DNA of 64,000 nucleotides. Source: an uncultured Bacillota bacterium. GTDB taxonomy: Bacteria; Sysuimicrobiota; Sysuimicrobiia; Sysuimicrobiales; Segetimicrobiaceae. The notes under the pieces were generated by a model. The model was not told the DNA's origin. It made no database searches and saw nothing but the letters and a program-made list of their open reading frames with translations. How positions within the stretch are numbered: position 1 is the stretch's first letter; every line of letters begins with the position of its first letter. A program made the position numbers and the translations under genes. The stretch lies in the NCBI GenBank assembly GCA_963804645.1, contig CAWDRG010000009.1, positions 1,088,001 through 1,152,000 on the forward strand, in the 5' to 3' direction. Positions 9,073 to 17,866 of the stretch are shown here, one piece after another.

Positions 9073-10356
9073 TCAGGCGGTCGCCACGCTTTCGCAGATG
9101 GCACGAAACTCGTCGATCGTCAAATAGTGCCGGGTGTACGACGTCGCTACCGCGGCCCGGGCCCGGCGGAGGATGGTCTGCCACCCCGCCTCGTCGACGC
9201 GGAGGCCCCATTCCGCGATCAGCTTCTTGAGGAACAGCGGCTCGCTTGTGGTCGCGCTGCTCCGTTCGCGCCCGAAGAGAATCTTCGCGCCGATGCCGGA
9301 CTCGAACCGTCGTCCCAGCACCTCCGGGGCGATGCCGATGGAGGCCTCGGAGACCGTCGCGCCGCTGAGGTGCCCGAGTCCCTCCTCCCGATTCCAGTTC
9401 TCGCCCACGAGCGGTTTCCACGGGGCCAGCGTCACCCCGAACGCTTCGCGGGCGAAGTTGGCCAGGTCGTACAGCGCGTCCAGCCTGATGCCGGTGTGGA
9501 CCCCGTAGACCTCGAGTACTGCGGCGATCTCCTCGAGCGCGCACGTTCCCCCGCGGTCGCCGATGCCGATCACGGTCGCGTCGATCCAGTTCGCGCCGCC
9601 TTCGACGGCCGCCAGCGAGTTGGCGGTCGCGCAGCCGAGGTCGTTGTGGTGCTGGATGTACACATCGCACGTCCCGATCGCCGCCTTGACGCGCCGGACG
9701 ACCGACCGGGAGGCCAGCGGGTTGCTGTTGCCCCGGCTGTCGACCAGGTAGACGCCGTCGGCGCCGGCGCCCGCGATGGCGCGCGCGAACGTGACGACCG
9801 TGCCCACCCGGGTGCGCATCGTGTCGCCGATCCACGGCACCACCCGCACGCCCTGCGCCTTCGTGTAGGCGGTCGCCTCGCTGACGGCGTCGACGATCAT
9901 CTGCTTGCTGAGCTTGCCGGTGAAGTCGGAGACCGTGTCGTCGTACGACCAGTGGTAGATCGGGCAGACCGTCTCGGCGCCCAGGTCGATCTGCTGCGTG
10001 AGGGGCCCGCGCCAATCACCCGACAGCGGGACCGGCACCGCGGGGCCCTTCGCGGCGAGCGGCGTCTTGCACCCCAAGCGGCGGTACGCGCGGGCGAGGT
10101 CCCGCTCGTCCTCCTTCATCGTGTGGCTCGGGAGCGTGATCTCGCCCACCCCCACCGCGTCGAGCCGTCGCATCAGCTCCAGGCGCGTGTTCCAGTTGAG
10201 CTGGTGACCGACGCAGTCGTCGCCCTCGGTCAGGGTGCAGTCGATCACGTGCACCTTGGTCGGCATGCCAGCGCGCTCGGCCAGCACCTCGGGGTCCCAA
10301 TACGCCGGATTGACGAGCCACTGGCCCGGCTTGTGCCACGGTGTGGAACTGGACAT
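9073..10356 (-). CDS. DRE-TIM metallolyase-fold protein (LeuA/homocitrate synthase/HMG-CoA lyase-like), atypical active site, copy 1
   Basis: VIDCTLTEG, YLVDSRG, QHHNDLGCATANSLAAVEGGA and GIGDRGG..ALEE. The true start is ATG 10356; the longer ORF extension runs through low-complexity sequence. Confidence 0.85.
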   Translation of the reverse strand: MSSSTPWHKPGQWLVNPAYWDPEVLAERAGMPTKVHVIDCTLTEGDDCVGHQLNWNTRLELMRRLDAVGVGEITLPSHTMKEDERDLARAYRRLGCKTPLAAKGPAVPVPLSGDWRGPLTQQIDLGAETVCPIYHWSYDDTVSDFTGKLSKQMIVDAVSEATAYTKAQGVRVVPWIGDTMRTRVGTVVTFARAIAGAGADGVYLVDSRGNSNPLASRSVVRRVKAAIGTCDVYIQHHNDLGCATANSLAAVEGGANWIDATVIGIGDRGGTCALEEIAAVLEVYGVHTGIRLDALYDLANFAREAFGVTLAPWKPLVGENWNREEGLGHLSGATVSEASIGIAPEVLGRRFESGIGAKILFGRERSSATTSEPLFLKKLIAEWGLRVDEAGWQTILRRARAAVATSYTRHYLTIDEFRAICESVATA

Positions 10357-10389
10357 GCGAACAGCGAAATGAATGAAATGGATCGTATC

Positions 10390-11475
10390 GTTAAGTAAGA
10401 GAAGAGAGAGAGAAGAATAAGATTGAGATATAGAGAAGAAGTAGAAAGAGAAGAAAAAAAAGAGAGAAAGTAGAGAGAGAGAGAATAAAATAATAAGAGA
10501 GATGGAAGAGGAGGAGAATAAGAGAGAGAAAAAGATAAAGAGATAAAAGATAAAGAAAATGAGAAGAGAGAAATTTAAAATAGTAGATAAAGGATAAGAG
10601 AAAAAAGGAGATAATAAGGATAAAAATGAAGGAAAGATAGATAAGAAAGAGAAGAATAAAAGAGAGAAAGATAAAAAGGGAGTAAAGAGGAAAGGATGAG
10701 ATAAGTAAGTAGAGATGAGATATAAAAGGAGGAAAGGAGAGAAAGAGAAATATAGTATGTAGAGAAAAAGTATAAAAAAAGAAGGGAAAAGAAAAAAAAG
10801 ATAAAAAAAGAAAGAAAAGTGAGAAAATGAGGAGTATAGAGATGATAGAAACGGGAATAGGAAAAATAGTAGGAGGAATATAAGGAGGAATAGGAAGAAT
10901 AAATAGGAGTAAAAAAAAGGAAAAAGAAGAAGAAAAAGAAGATAAATAGAAGAAGAGATAAGATTAAAAGAGAAAGGAGTGAGATTAGCTAGAGTGGTTA
11001 TGAGAAAAAAGGTAAAGATATGAAAGATAGTACTAAAAGATGATGTAAGAGGGGTGATGGTGAAGGAGAAAAAAAAGATATAAATATAGAGGAAGATAGA
11101 AAAGATAAAGAAGAATAGAGATATAAGGATGTAAGATGAGAAGGAATAGGTATAGAAAAAAGAAGTAGGTAAAAGAATAGAAAGGGTAGGAAAGAATGAA
11201 AAGCAAGGTAGTAAGAGAGAAGGAAAAAAAGGATATATAAAGAAAAGAAGAAAAAGTGAAATAGAAGAGGAAAAGGAAGAAGGAGAAAGATGAAAGAAGA
11301 GAAATATGATGATAAGATGGAATAGAAAGAGGAGAAGAAGAATGTGAAGGAATGAAGGATATATTAGTATAAGAAAATAAAGGTAAGATAGTATTGATAA
11401 TAAAAATGAAGAATGGAAGAGGAAAGAGTAATAAAATAAGGGAAGAAGATACACGTTAAGACTATAGAAAAAGAA
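10390..11475. other. Purine-rich (A/G) low-complexity block, probable base-calling or assembly artefact
   Basis: About 1.1 kb of A/G with some T and almost no C, no periodic unit, in otherwise GC-rich DNA. It merges into an error-ridden recombinase gene. Confidence 0.75.
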
Positions 11476-11929
11476 AGGCGAGGATATGAAGCTCTGCTTC
11501 GGACATTGCGCCCTTCAAGCCGAACAGGAGCTGTCGTTAAAATGTTGCAGATAGTACACGCCGTCGGCATCGATGATCAGCGTGTACGTCAGGTTGCAGA
11601 ATAACAACAATCGTTGGAGGTACGCGGAACTGCGGGCTAACAGCGAGACCTCCAACGACAAGATGGCGCGGACCTCGCGCAGGCACACCAGACTGACGAG
11701 CTCCTGAAAAAGCGCACGGGTGGTGCCGCTGCGACGGACAGGCACAGATCGGCATCGATCACGAGGATCTTGGATGGTAACACCGCAATCGGGTGGCTTA
11801 CTCCGCCAGTGCATACTGCCGGGCGGTAGACTCGGTGTGTTCGCGCACCTGGGTCATAGTGGACTGTAGCACATACACGATTGCCAGACGCTCGCGGTGA
11901 GTGGGCGTGATCGTACTAGCGTCGCTCAT
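11476..11929 (-). pseudogene. Large serine recombinase, N-terminal catalytic domain (disrupted or mis-sequenced)
   Basis: Manual translation across stops and shifts: MSDASTITPTHRERLAIVYVLQSTMTQVREHTESTARQYALAE...VIDADL...FQELVSLVC..EVRAILSLEVSLLARSS...LIIDADGVY...FND..LFGLKGAMSEAELHILA. This fits the resolvase domain of large serine recombinases (canonical YxRxS reads YVLQS). Confidence 0.8.
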
Positions 11930-12014
11930 GCGCGTTAGACACGGCGGCGAGCGCGGCCTCGAGCATGTTGGCCAGCGGCGCCACGAGTTCGCTCGTCGCG
12001 CCGCTGAACCACAC

Positions 12015-12362
12015 TCAGGTCAGCTCGCCGCGGGTCAGCAGTTCCAGGTTGATCGCGGAGATCTCGGCCAGCGTCGCCTCGATGCGGGCGGTGAGCATGA
12101 CAAGGCGGCGTACCGCCGCCGCCAGCGCCGCCGGAATATACAGGAGACGCCGTCGCGTTCGCCGCCGGACCGTCAGGAACACGTACGGACCGTGCAGCTC
12201 CCCCCGCGCGCACCGGCAGCGCGGTTTCCCACACGCCGGTGCTGGATTACCAGCGCGCCGTGCATGACCGCCTCGAGCGTCGGGAGGCTGCGTGCCCGTT
12301 GGGTCCGGCGCGCGCGTAATTGCCTCGTGCTGAGCTTGGCGAGTGGTATCTTTTGTATGATT
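12015..12362 (-). CDS. DUF6788-like small Cys/His protein (one frameshift near 12235)
   Basis: Joined reading: IQKIPLAKLSTRQLRARR...VMHGALVIQHRR/CGKPRCRCARGELHGPYVFLTVRR...LLYIP...ISAINLELL. Confidence 0.7.
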   Translation of the reverse strand, partial: NHTKDTTRQAQHEAITRAPDPTGTQPPDARGGHARRAGNPAPACGKPRCRCARGELHGPYVFLTVRRRTRRRLLYIPAALAAAVRRLVMLTARIEATLAEISAINLELLTRGELT

Positions 12363-12367
12363 GGTAC

Positions 12368-12868
12368 CGCCAGGGCCGCGATGTCCTCCGGCCCGACCTG
12401 TCCCGCGGCCAGGGCGTCCAGCATCGCCCGCCCAGACTTGCCTAAAATGTCGCTCACAACTGACCCGAGTTTGATGTTCCCGCCTTCGAGGACCTTCTGG
12501 ATGCGGTTCGCTTCCGCCGCCCGTTCGCTCACCAACGTGATGCGGTACCGGACCAGTTCCCGCAACTCGCGCTGCGGCCGCGACGGAATCAAGCTGGCTT
12601 TCAACAGGCCATGGCGCATTAGATCGCAGATCCATTCCGCATCCTGCACATCGGTCTTTCGCCCCGGGACGGCTTTCATATGCGCCGCATTCACGACGTA
12701 CACCGTCATGCCTGTCGTTTCCAGCAGGTTATAGAGCGGCTTCCAGTACACGCCCGTGCTTTCCATCGCGACGTGTGTCACCTGCAAGGCACCCACCCAG
12801 TCCAGTAGCGTCAGCAAATCCCGAGTCGTCGTACCAAAGGTCCGTGCCTCGCTGTGTCCTGGGACCAC
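12368..12868 (-). mobile_element. IS110-family transposase fragment (DEDD domain), truncated at both ends
   Basis: VAMESTGVYWKP, VVNAAHMKAVPGRKTDVQDAEWI, RELRELVRYR and NRIQKVLEGGNIKL. Lacks the N-terminal GxDxxK strand and the C-terminal domain. Confidence 0.88.
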
Positions 12869-12904
12869 CCTCCTTTGACGCTGGGATGCGGGTGTGTGCG
12901 GGGC

Positions 12905-13750
12905 CTACATCGATTCCACGTGCCGCGACACGGCGCGCCACTGCCTGGCTCGGCTCCGCAGCCGGATGATCACTTCGTTGCACGCCGCGGTGAGGATCAT
13001 GAGCACGGTCAGGGCGGCGAACACCCCGGCCGCGTCCAGCGTGTTCGCCGAGGTGGCGATGATGTAACCCAGCCCTTTGGCCGACACGATGATCTCCCCC
13101 GCGACGGCGCCGATGAACGCGTAGGGCAGGGCGATCGTCATGCCGGTGACGATCCAGTCGGCCGTGGCCGGGATGATCACCAGGGACAGCACCCCGAGCG
13201 TCCGCGCCCCGAGGATCTGCACCGACTCGATCAGCTCCGAGTCGACGTCGCGGACCCCGTTGAACGTGCTGTAGAACATGAGGAAGAACACGACGACCGC
13301 CGCGAGGGCGATCTTGGACGGCGCGTAGATACCGAAGTACAGCACGAACAGCGGGGCCAGCGTCACCTTCGGGATCGCGTACAGCCCGGTCAGCAGCGGG
13401 CCGACCGCGCGCGACAGCATGCGGAAGACGCCCAGGACGAATCCGGCGACCAGCCCCAGCGAGACGCCGACGCCGTACCCGATCAGCGCCTCGGAGGTGG
13501 TCGCCCATAGGTGCGGCCAGATAAACCCGGTGCCGATCCACTCGGCGAGGCGCGCCGCCACCGCGGTCGGACTGCTGACAAAACGCGCGTCCAGGACGCG
13601 CCCCGACATCCACTGCCACGGCACGATCACGGCCGCCGCGACCGCCGCCCGCCACAGGAACAGGCGGACCCCCGAGAGCCGGCGGGGGACGCCGTCGTCG
13701 GCGATCCGCGCCCCCGGCGCTCCCTCCCCGGTGCCCACCGCGATCGTCAT
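12905..13750 (-). CDS. NitT/TauT-family ABC permease
   Basis: LYAIPKVTLAPLFVLYFG, EAA-like loop (ELIESVQILGA) and GAVAGEII...GLGY. Confidence 0.9.
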   Translation of the reverse strand: MTIAVGTGEGAPGARIADDGVPRRLSGVRLFLWRAAVAAAVIVPWQWMSGRVLDARFVSSPTAVAARLAEWIGTGFIWPHLWATTSEALIGYGVGVSLGLVAGFVLGVFRMLSRAVGPLLTGLYAIPKVTLAPLFVLYFGIYAPSKIALAAVVVFFLMFYSTFNGVRDVDSELIESVQILGARTLGVLSLVIIPATADWIVTGMTIALPYAFIGAVAGEIIVSAKGLGYIIATSANTLDAAGVFAALTVLMILTAACNEVIIRLRSRARQWRAVSRHVESM

Positions 13751-13778
13751 GCGCGCAGTCCCCCGCGACAGGCGCCCG

Positions 13779-14573
13779 TCACCGTTCGGCCCGGCGCCAT
13801 CCGAGCAGCACCCGCTCGAGCCGTTCCAGCCCGACCGTGATGGCCACGGCGACGATCATCAAGACGCTGAGCGCCGCGAACATGTTGGTCATGTTGAACG
13901 ACCCCTTGGCCCACATGGTCAGGTAGCCCAGGCCGCGGGTCGACGCGATGATTTCGCCGATGACGGCGCCCTGCAGCGCGTAGGGAAACGACGTCTTCAG
14001 GCCGACGAAGATCTGCACCGCGGCGGTCGGGAGGGCCAGGTACCGGACCTCGTCCCAGCGCGACGCGCCCATCAGGCGGACCCCGACGAGGAGATCCTCG
14101 TCGAGCGCGCTCACGCCCGCGTAGACGTTGAGGCAGACGAGGAAGAACACGATGAACGCCGCCACGAGGACTTTGGGGGTCAGGTCCAAGCCGAACCACA
14201 GGACGAACAGCGGGGCGAGCGCGATCTTCGGGATGCTGTACAGCGCAAGGATGTACGGGCTCAGCACGCGCGAGACGTTCTGGTACAGTCCGAGCGCGAG
14301 CCCGGCCGCCACCCCGGTGCCCGCGCCGAGGAGGAACCCGAGGATCGTGGACTCCATGGTGTAGATGAGGTGCGGCCACAGGAATCCGGTCGCGATCCAG
14401 CGCCACACCGTGGGGAATACCAGGGTCGGCTTGCTGACGAAAAACGCCGGGACCAGCGTCCCCGAGACGGCCTGCCAAGCGGCGAGGACCACCCCGACGG
14501 TGGCGGCCTGCATCGCCAGCACGACCGCGGGGCGTTCGTGCCAGGGCGGCGCGGCCAGCCGCACGCGCATCAT
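13779..14573 (-). CDS. NitT/TauT-family ABC permease
   Basis: LYSIPKIALAPLFVLWFG and GAVIGEII...GLGYL. Confidence 0.9.
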   Translation of the reverse strand: MMRVRLAAPPWHERPAVVLAMQAATVGVVLAAWQAVSGTLVPAFFVSKPTLVFPTVWRWIATGFLWPHLIYTMESTILGFLLGAGTGVAAGLALGLYQNVSRVLSPYILALYSIPKIALAPLFVLWFGLDLTPKVLVAAFIVFFLVCLNVYAGVSALDEDLLVGVRLMGASRWDEVRYLALPTAAVQIFVGLKTSFPYALQGAVIGEIIASTRGLGYLTMWAKGSFNMTNMFAALSVLMIVAVAITVGLERLERVLLGWRRAER

Positions 14574-14574
14574 G

Positions 14575-15369
14575 CTACCCGGCCTCGCCCGTCTTGTAGT
14601 CGTCCTCGATCGCCTTCCACAAGATATCGTGCAGGGCGCTGAACTCGGGCGTGAACCGCACGCGGAACACGTCGCGGGGCCGCGGCAGGTTGATCGGCTG
14701 GACGAGCTTCACGGTCCCGGGCCGGCTCGTGAGCACGATCACCCGGTCCGCGAGGGTGATCGCCTCGACGATGTCGTGCGTGACGAACACGATCGTCTTG
14801 CGCGTCGCGGCCCAGATGCGCAGCACCTGGTCGTGCATGATCAGCCGGAGCTGGGCGTCGAGCGCGCCGAACGGCTCGTCCATCAGCAGCGTTTCGGGAT
14901 CGTAGATGAGGCTGCGTGCGAGCAGGACGCGCTTGCGCATGCCGCCCGACAGCTCCGCGGGGTAGTGCCGCTCGAATCCGGTGAGCCCGATCATGCGCAC
15001 GTACTGGTCGATGAGGGTCCGGCGGCGCGCCGGCTCCACGTGCCGGATGCGGAGCGGCAGGCCGATGTTGTCCTCGACCGTGCGCCACGGGAGGAGGTTG
15101 TCCTTCTGGGTCATGTACCCGGTGCGTGTGTTGATGGCCTGGACCGGCTGGTCGTCGTATCGGACCGTCCCGCTCGTGGCGCGCGCGAGTCCCGCGGTCA
15201 TGTGGAGCAGCGTGGTCTTGCCGCACCCCGATGGGCCGAGCAGGGCGACGAACTCTCCGCGCTCGATCGACGCGGAGATCCCGCGGACGGCCTCGACGGT
15301 GCGGCCGTTCTTCTGGAACTGCTTCGTGATGTTCTCCCAGACGATGATCGGTCCGACAGGCATCCTCAT
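14575..15369 (-). CDS. NitT/TauT-family ABC ATP-binding protein
   Basis: GPSGCGKTT, LLPWRTVEDN, LSGGMRKR, LLMDEPFGALD and FVTHD. Confidence 0.93.
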   Translation of the reverse strand: MRMPVGPIIVWENITKQFQKNGRTVEAVRGISASIERGEFVALLGPSGCGKTTLLHMTAGLARATSGTVRYDDQPVQAINTRTGYMTQKDNLLPWRTVEDNIGLPLRIRHVEPARRRTLIDQYVRMIGLTGFERHYPAELSGGMRKRVLLARSLIYDPETLLMDEPFGALDAQLRLIMHDQVLRIWAATRKTIVFVTHDIVEAITLADRVIVLTSRPGTVKLVQPINLPRPRDVFRVRFTPEFSALHDILWKAIEDDYKTGEAG

Positions 15370-15680
15370 CCCTCGCGTCACGGCGAGACGCAGATGCACC
15401 ACTGAATGACGTCGACGACCCCGGTACGTGCGGGGGGTGTGCGGACCGCGCCTGTCGCGCGCGCCTGCGGGACGATGTGCGTTCGACGATCGCGGCGCGT
15501 GGACCCCACGCGCATCCGTCGAGTTCGTCGGACGGCCGACACTTCCTGCCATCCCAGGTAATCGCGCGGTCGCGGAGAATCGGCTACGGTACGGCGCGGG
15601 GACCGGCGGCGTGCTCGATCCCGCCGATCGCCGCGCCGGGAATGACGGCACGCCGCGAGGGCGTGCGAGGGGGTAGACGG

Positions 15681-16796
15681 ATGAGAAGCGGGACCGTGGG
15701 ACGGGCGAGGGCGCGGCCGGCGGCGGTCGTGATCGTGCTGGTCGCGGCCATGTTCGGCGGCGGCACGCTCGCGGGAGGCCCGTTCGGGGGCGCGCCCGCG
15801 GCGCAGGCAGCGGCACCCAATCTCGGCAAGGTGGCGCTGATCGACGCGGGGGTCGGCCTGCTGTACGTGCCCGCGAACATTGCGAAGGCGAAGGGGTACT
15901 TTCAGCAGCAGGGCCTCGACGTCGAGATCTCCGTCGCGAGCACGGGGGCGGGCACCGACGCGACCGCCGCGGTGATCGGCGGCAGTGCGCAGTTTACCGA
16001 TACCGGCATGGCGCAGATCACCGACGCGGTCGATCAGGGCAGCCCGCTGGTCGCGATCGCCGGGTCGATGACGGAATACGGCGTCAGCATCGTCATTACC
16101 AAGGACGCGGCGGCGAAGGCCGGCGTGACCGCGGCGTCGCCGCTCGAGGCGCGGCTCAAGGCGCTGAAGGGACTCCGGATCGGCATCTCCGCGCCCGGAT
16201 CGGCGACCGACCAGTTCATGCGCTACGTCGCCAAGCAGGCCGGGCTCGACGCGGACCACGACATGACGCTCGTCGCGCTCGGCAGCGTCGGGGCGACGCG
16301 CGCGGCGTTTGCGCAGCGCCGGATCGACGGGTTCGTCCGGTCCTCGCCCGACCCCGAGGCCGCCGCGATTCAGGATAACGGGATGATCCTCCTCTCGCAG
16401 ACCGGCGTGAGCGGCCTGCCGTCGATGCGGGGCTTCATGATGAGCGTGTACGCGACCAACAAGACGCTCCTGACGCAGCACCCCGAGCTCGTGCGGGCGT
16501 TCATGGTCGGGCTGACCCAGGGGGAGAAGTTCCTGGCGGCCCGCAGCGACGAGTCGAGCCAGATCTACCGGACCCTCCGCGGCGGCAGCATCCCCACCGA
16601 CATCTGGGACGCGGCGTGGAAGAACAACTATCCCGCGATGGCCAAGGATCCGGTCATCGGGCGGCACAACGTGGACGTGACGTTCTCGATCCTGCAGCAG
16701 ATCGAGGGGAAGGCGCCGGCGACCACGTACGACCAGGTGGTGAACAACTCGTTCGCGCAGCAGGCGGACGCGCTCCTGAAGAACTGGACGCCCTAG
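15681..16796 (+). CDS. SsuA/NMT1-type ABC substrate-binding protein, copy 1
   Basis: Signal-like N-terminus, AKAKGYFQQQGLDV and LKGLRIGISAPGSATD. Paralogue of 58726-59868. Confidence 0.88.
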   Translation: MRSGTVGRARARPAAVVIVLVAAMFGGGTLAGGPFGGAPAAQAAAPNLGKVALIDAGVGLLYVPANIAKAKGYFQQQGLDVEISVASTGAGTDATAAVIGGSAQFTDTGMAQITDAVDQGSPLVAIAGSMTEYGVSIVITKDAAAKAGVTAASPLEARLKALKGLRIGISAPGSATDQFMRYVAKQAGLDADHDMTLVALGSVGATRAAFAQRRIDGFVRSSPDPEAAAIQDNGMILLSQTGVSGLPSMRGFMMSVYATNKTLLTQHPELVRAFMVGLTQGEKFLAARSDESSQIYRTLRGGSIPTDIWDAAWKNNYPAMAKDPVIGRHNVDVTFSILQQIEGKAPATTYDQVVNNSFAQQADALLKNWTP

Positions 16797-16830
16797 GTCA
16801 ACGGCCCACCGCGCGCGAGGAGAACCGACG

Positions 16831-17757
16831 GTGCCGACGGCCGGCCATCGACTGAAACAGCTCATCCGCGCGCCGGAGATCCTCGTGCTCCCGGGGGTGT
16901 TCGACGGCTACAGCGCGCGGCTCGTGCACCGCGCGGGGTTCGCGGCGGCGTTTGTCACCGGCGCCGGATTGTCCGAGGACCGGCTCGGCCGGTCGGACGT
17001 CGGCATCATGGGGTTGGCCGAGAATCTGGACGCCTCGCGGGCCATCGCGGCGTGCACGGACCTGCTCCTGCTCGGCGACGCGGACACGGGGTACGGCAAC
17101 GCCGTCAATGTGTGGTTCGCCGTGCGGGCGTTTGAGCAGGCGGGCCTGGCCGGCGTCATGCTGGAAGACCAGGTCTGGCCGAAGCGCTGCGGACACATGG
17201 CGGGGAAGGAGCTCATCTCGGCCGACGAGATGGTGCAGAAGATCCGGGCGGCGTGCGACGCGCGCGTCGATCCGGATTTCGTCATTAAGGCGCGCACCGA
17301 CGCCGCCGGCCCGCTCGGCCTCGACGAGGCCGTGCGCCGCGCCGTGCGGTACGCCGAGGCCGGCGCGGACCTCGTGTTCGCGGACGCGCTGCTGTCGGCG
17401 CAGGACATCGAGGCGTTCTGCCGCCGCGTGCCCGCGCCGGTCTCGGTTAACATGGGGTTCGGCATCCGCCAGCGCGGCACGACCCCGCTCGTGTCCGCGC
17501 GCGAGTTGCAGGCGATGGGGGTGGCGGTCGTCATTTTCCCCCGGCTGCTGACCGCGGCCGCGGTGCGCGGCATGATCAACGGGCTCGAGGCCCTGCAGGA
17601 GTCTCTTCGCACCGGCCGCGTCGTGGAGCGCCCCGAACTGGCGGTGTCGTTCGAGGAGTTGAACGAGCTCGTCGGGCTTGGGGAGATCCAGCAGCTGGAG
17701 GCGCGCTACCTGACGCCGGCGCAGCTGGACGCGAAGTACGGGCGCGATCGAGGGTAA
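16831..17757 (+). CDS. Isocitrate lyase/PEP mutase family lyase (PrpB/2,3-dimethylmalate lyase-like)
   Basis: DADTGYGN, LEDQVWPKRCGH, VIKARTDA and YAEAGAD. Confidence 0.92.
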   Translation: MPTAGHRLKQLIRAPEILVLPGVFDGYSARLVHRAGFAAAFVTGAGLSEDRLGRSDVGIMGLAENLDASRAIAACTDLLLLGDADTGYGNAVNVWFAVRAFEQAGLAGVMLEDQVWPKRCGHMAGKELISADEMVQKIRAACDARVDPDFVIKARTDAAGPLGLDEAVRRAVRYAEAGADLVFADALLSAQDIEAFCRRVPAPVSVNMGFGIRQRGTTPLVSARELQAMGVAVVIFPRLLTAAAVRGMINGLEALQESLRTGRVVERPELAVSFEELNELVGLGEIQQLEARYLTPAQLDAKYGRDRG

Positions 17758-17866
17758 GCCGCCGGCGGCGGCCGCCGGACCAGCGCATCAGGACGCCGCC
17801 GTCCGTCCCGGGACGGCGCGCCGCGCCGGATGCCTCCGCTGAACGAGGCACCGCAGAGGAGGGCGC

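Noticed and set aside
10357..11454. F/L/I/S-rich N-terminal extension of the 793-aa ORF, resembling a membrane protein
   Set aside because: It is the translation of the low-complexity purine block; the recognisable protein starts at ATG 10356.
12173..12868. Novel IS110-DUF6788 fusion protein
   Set aside because: The in-frame join is best explained as an insertion junction between two elements, and the IS110 part lacks essential domains.
12869..12904. IS110 bridge RNA
   Set aside because: The non-coding end is only ~35 bp and the other end of the element is missing, so no such RNA can be supported.
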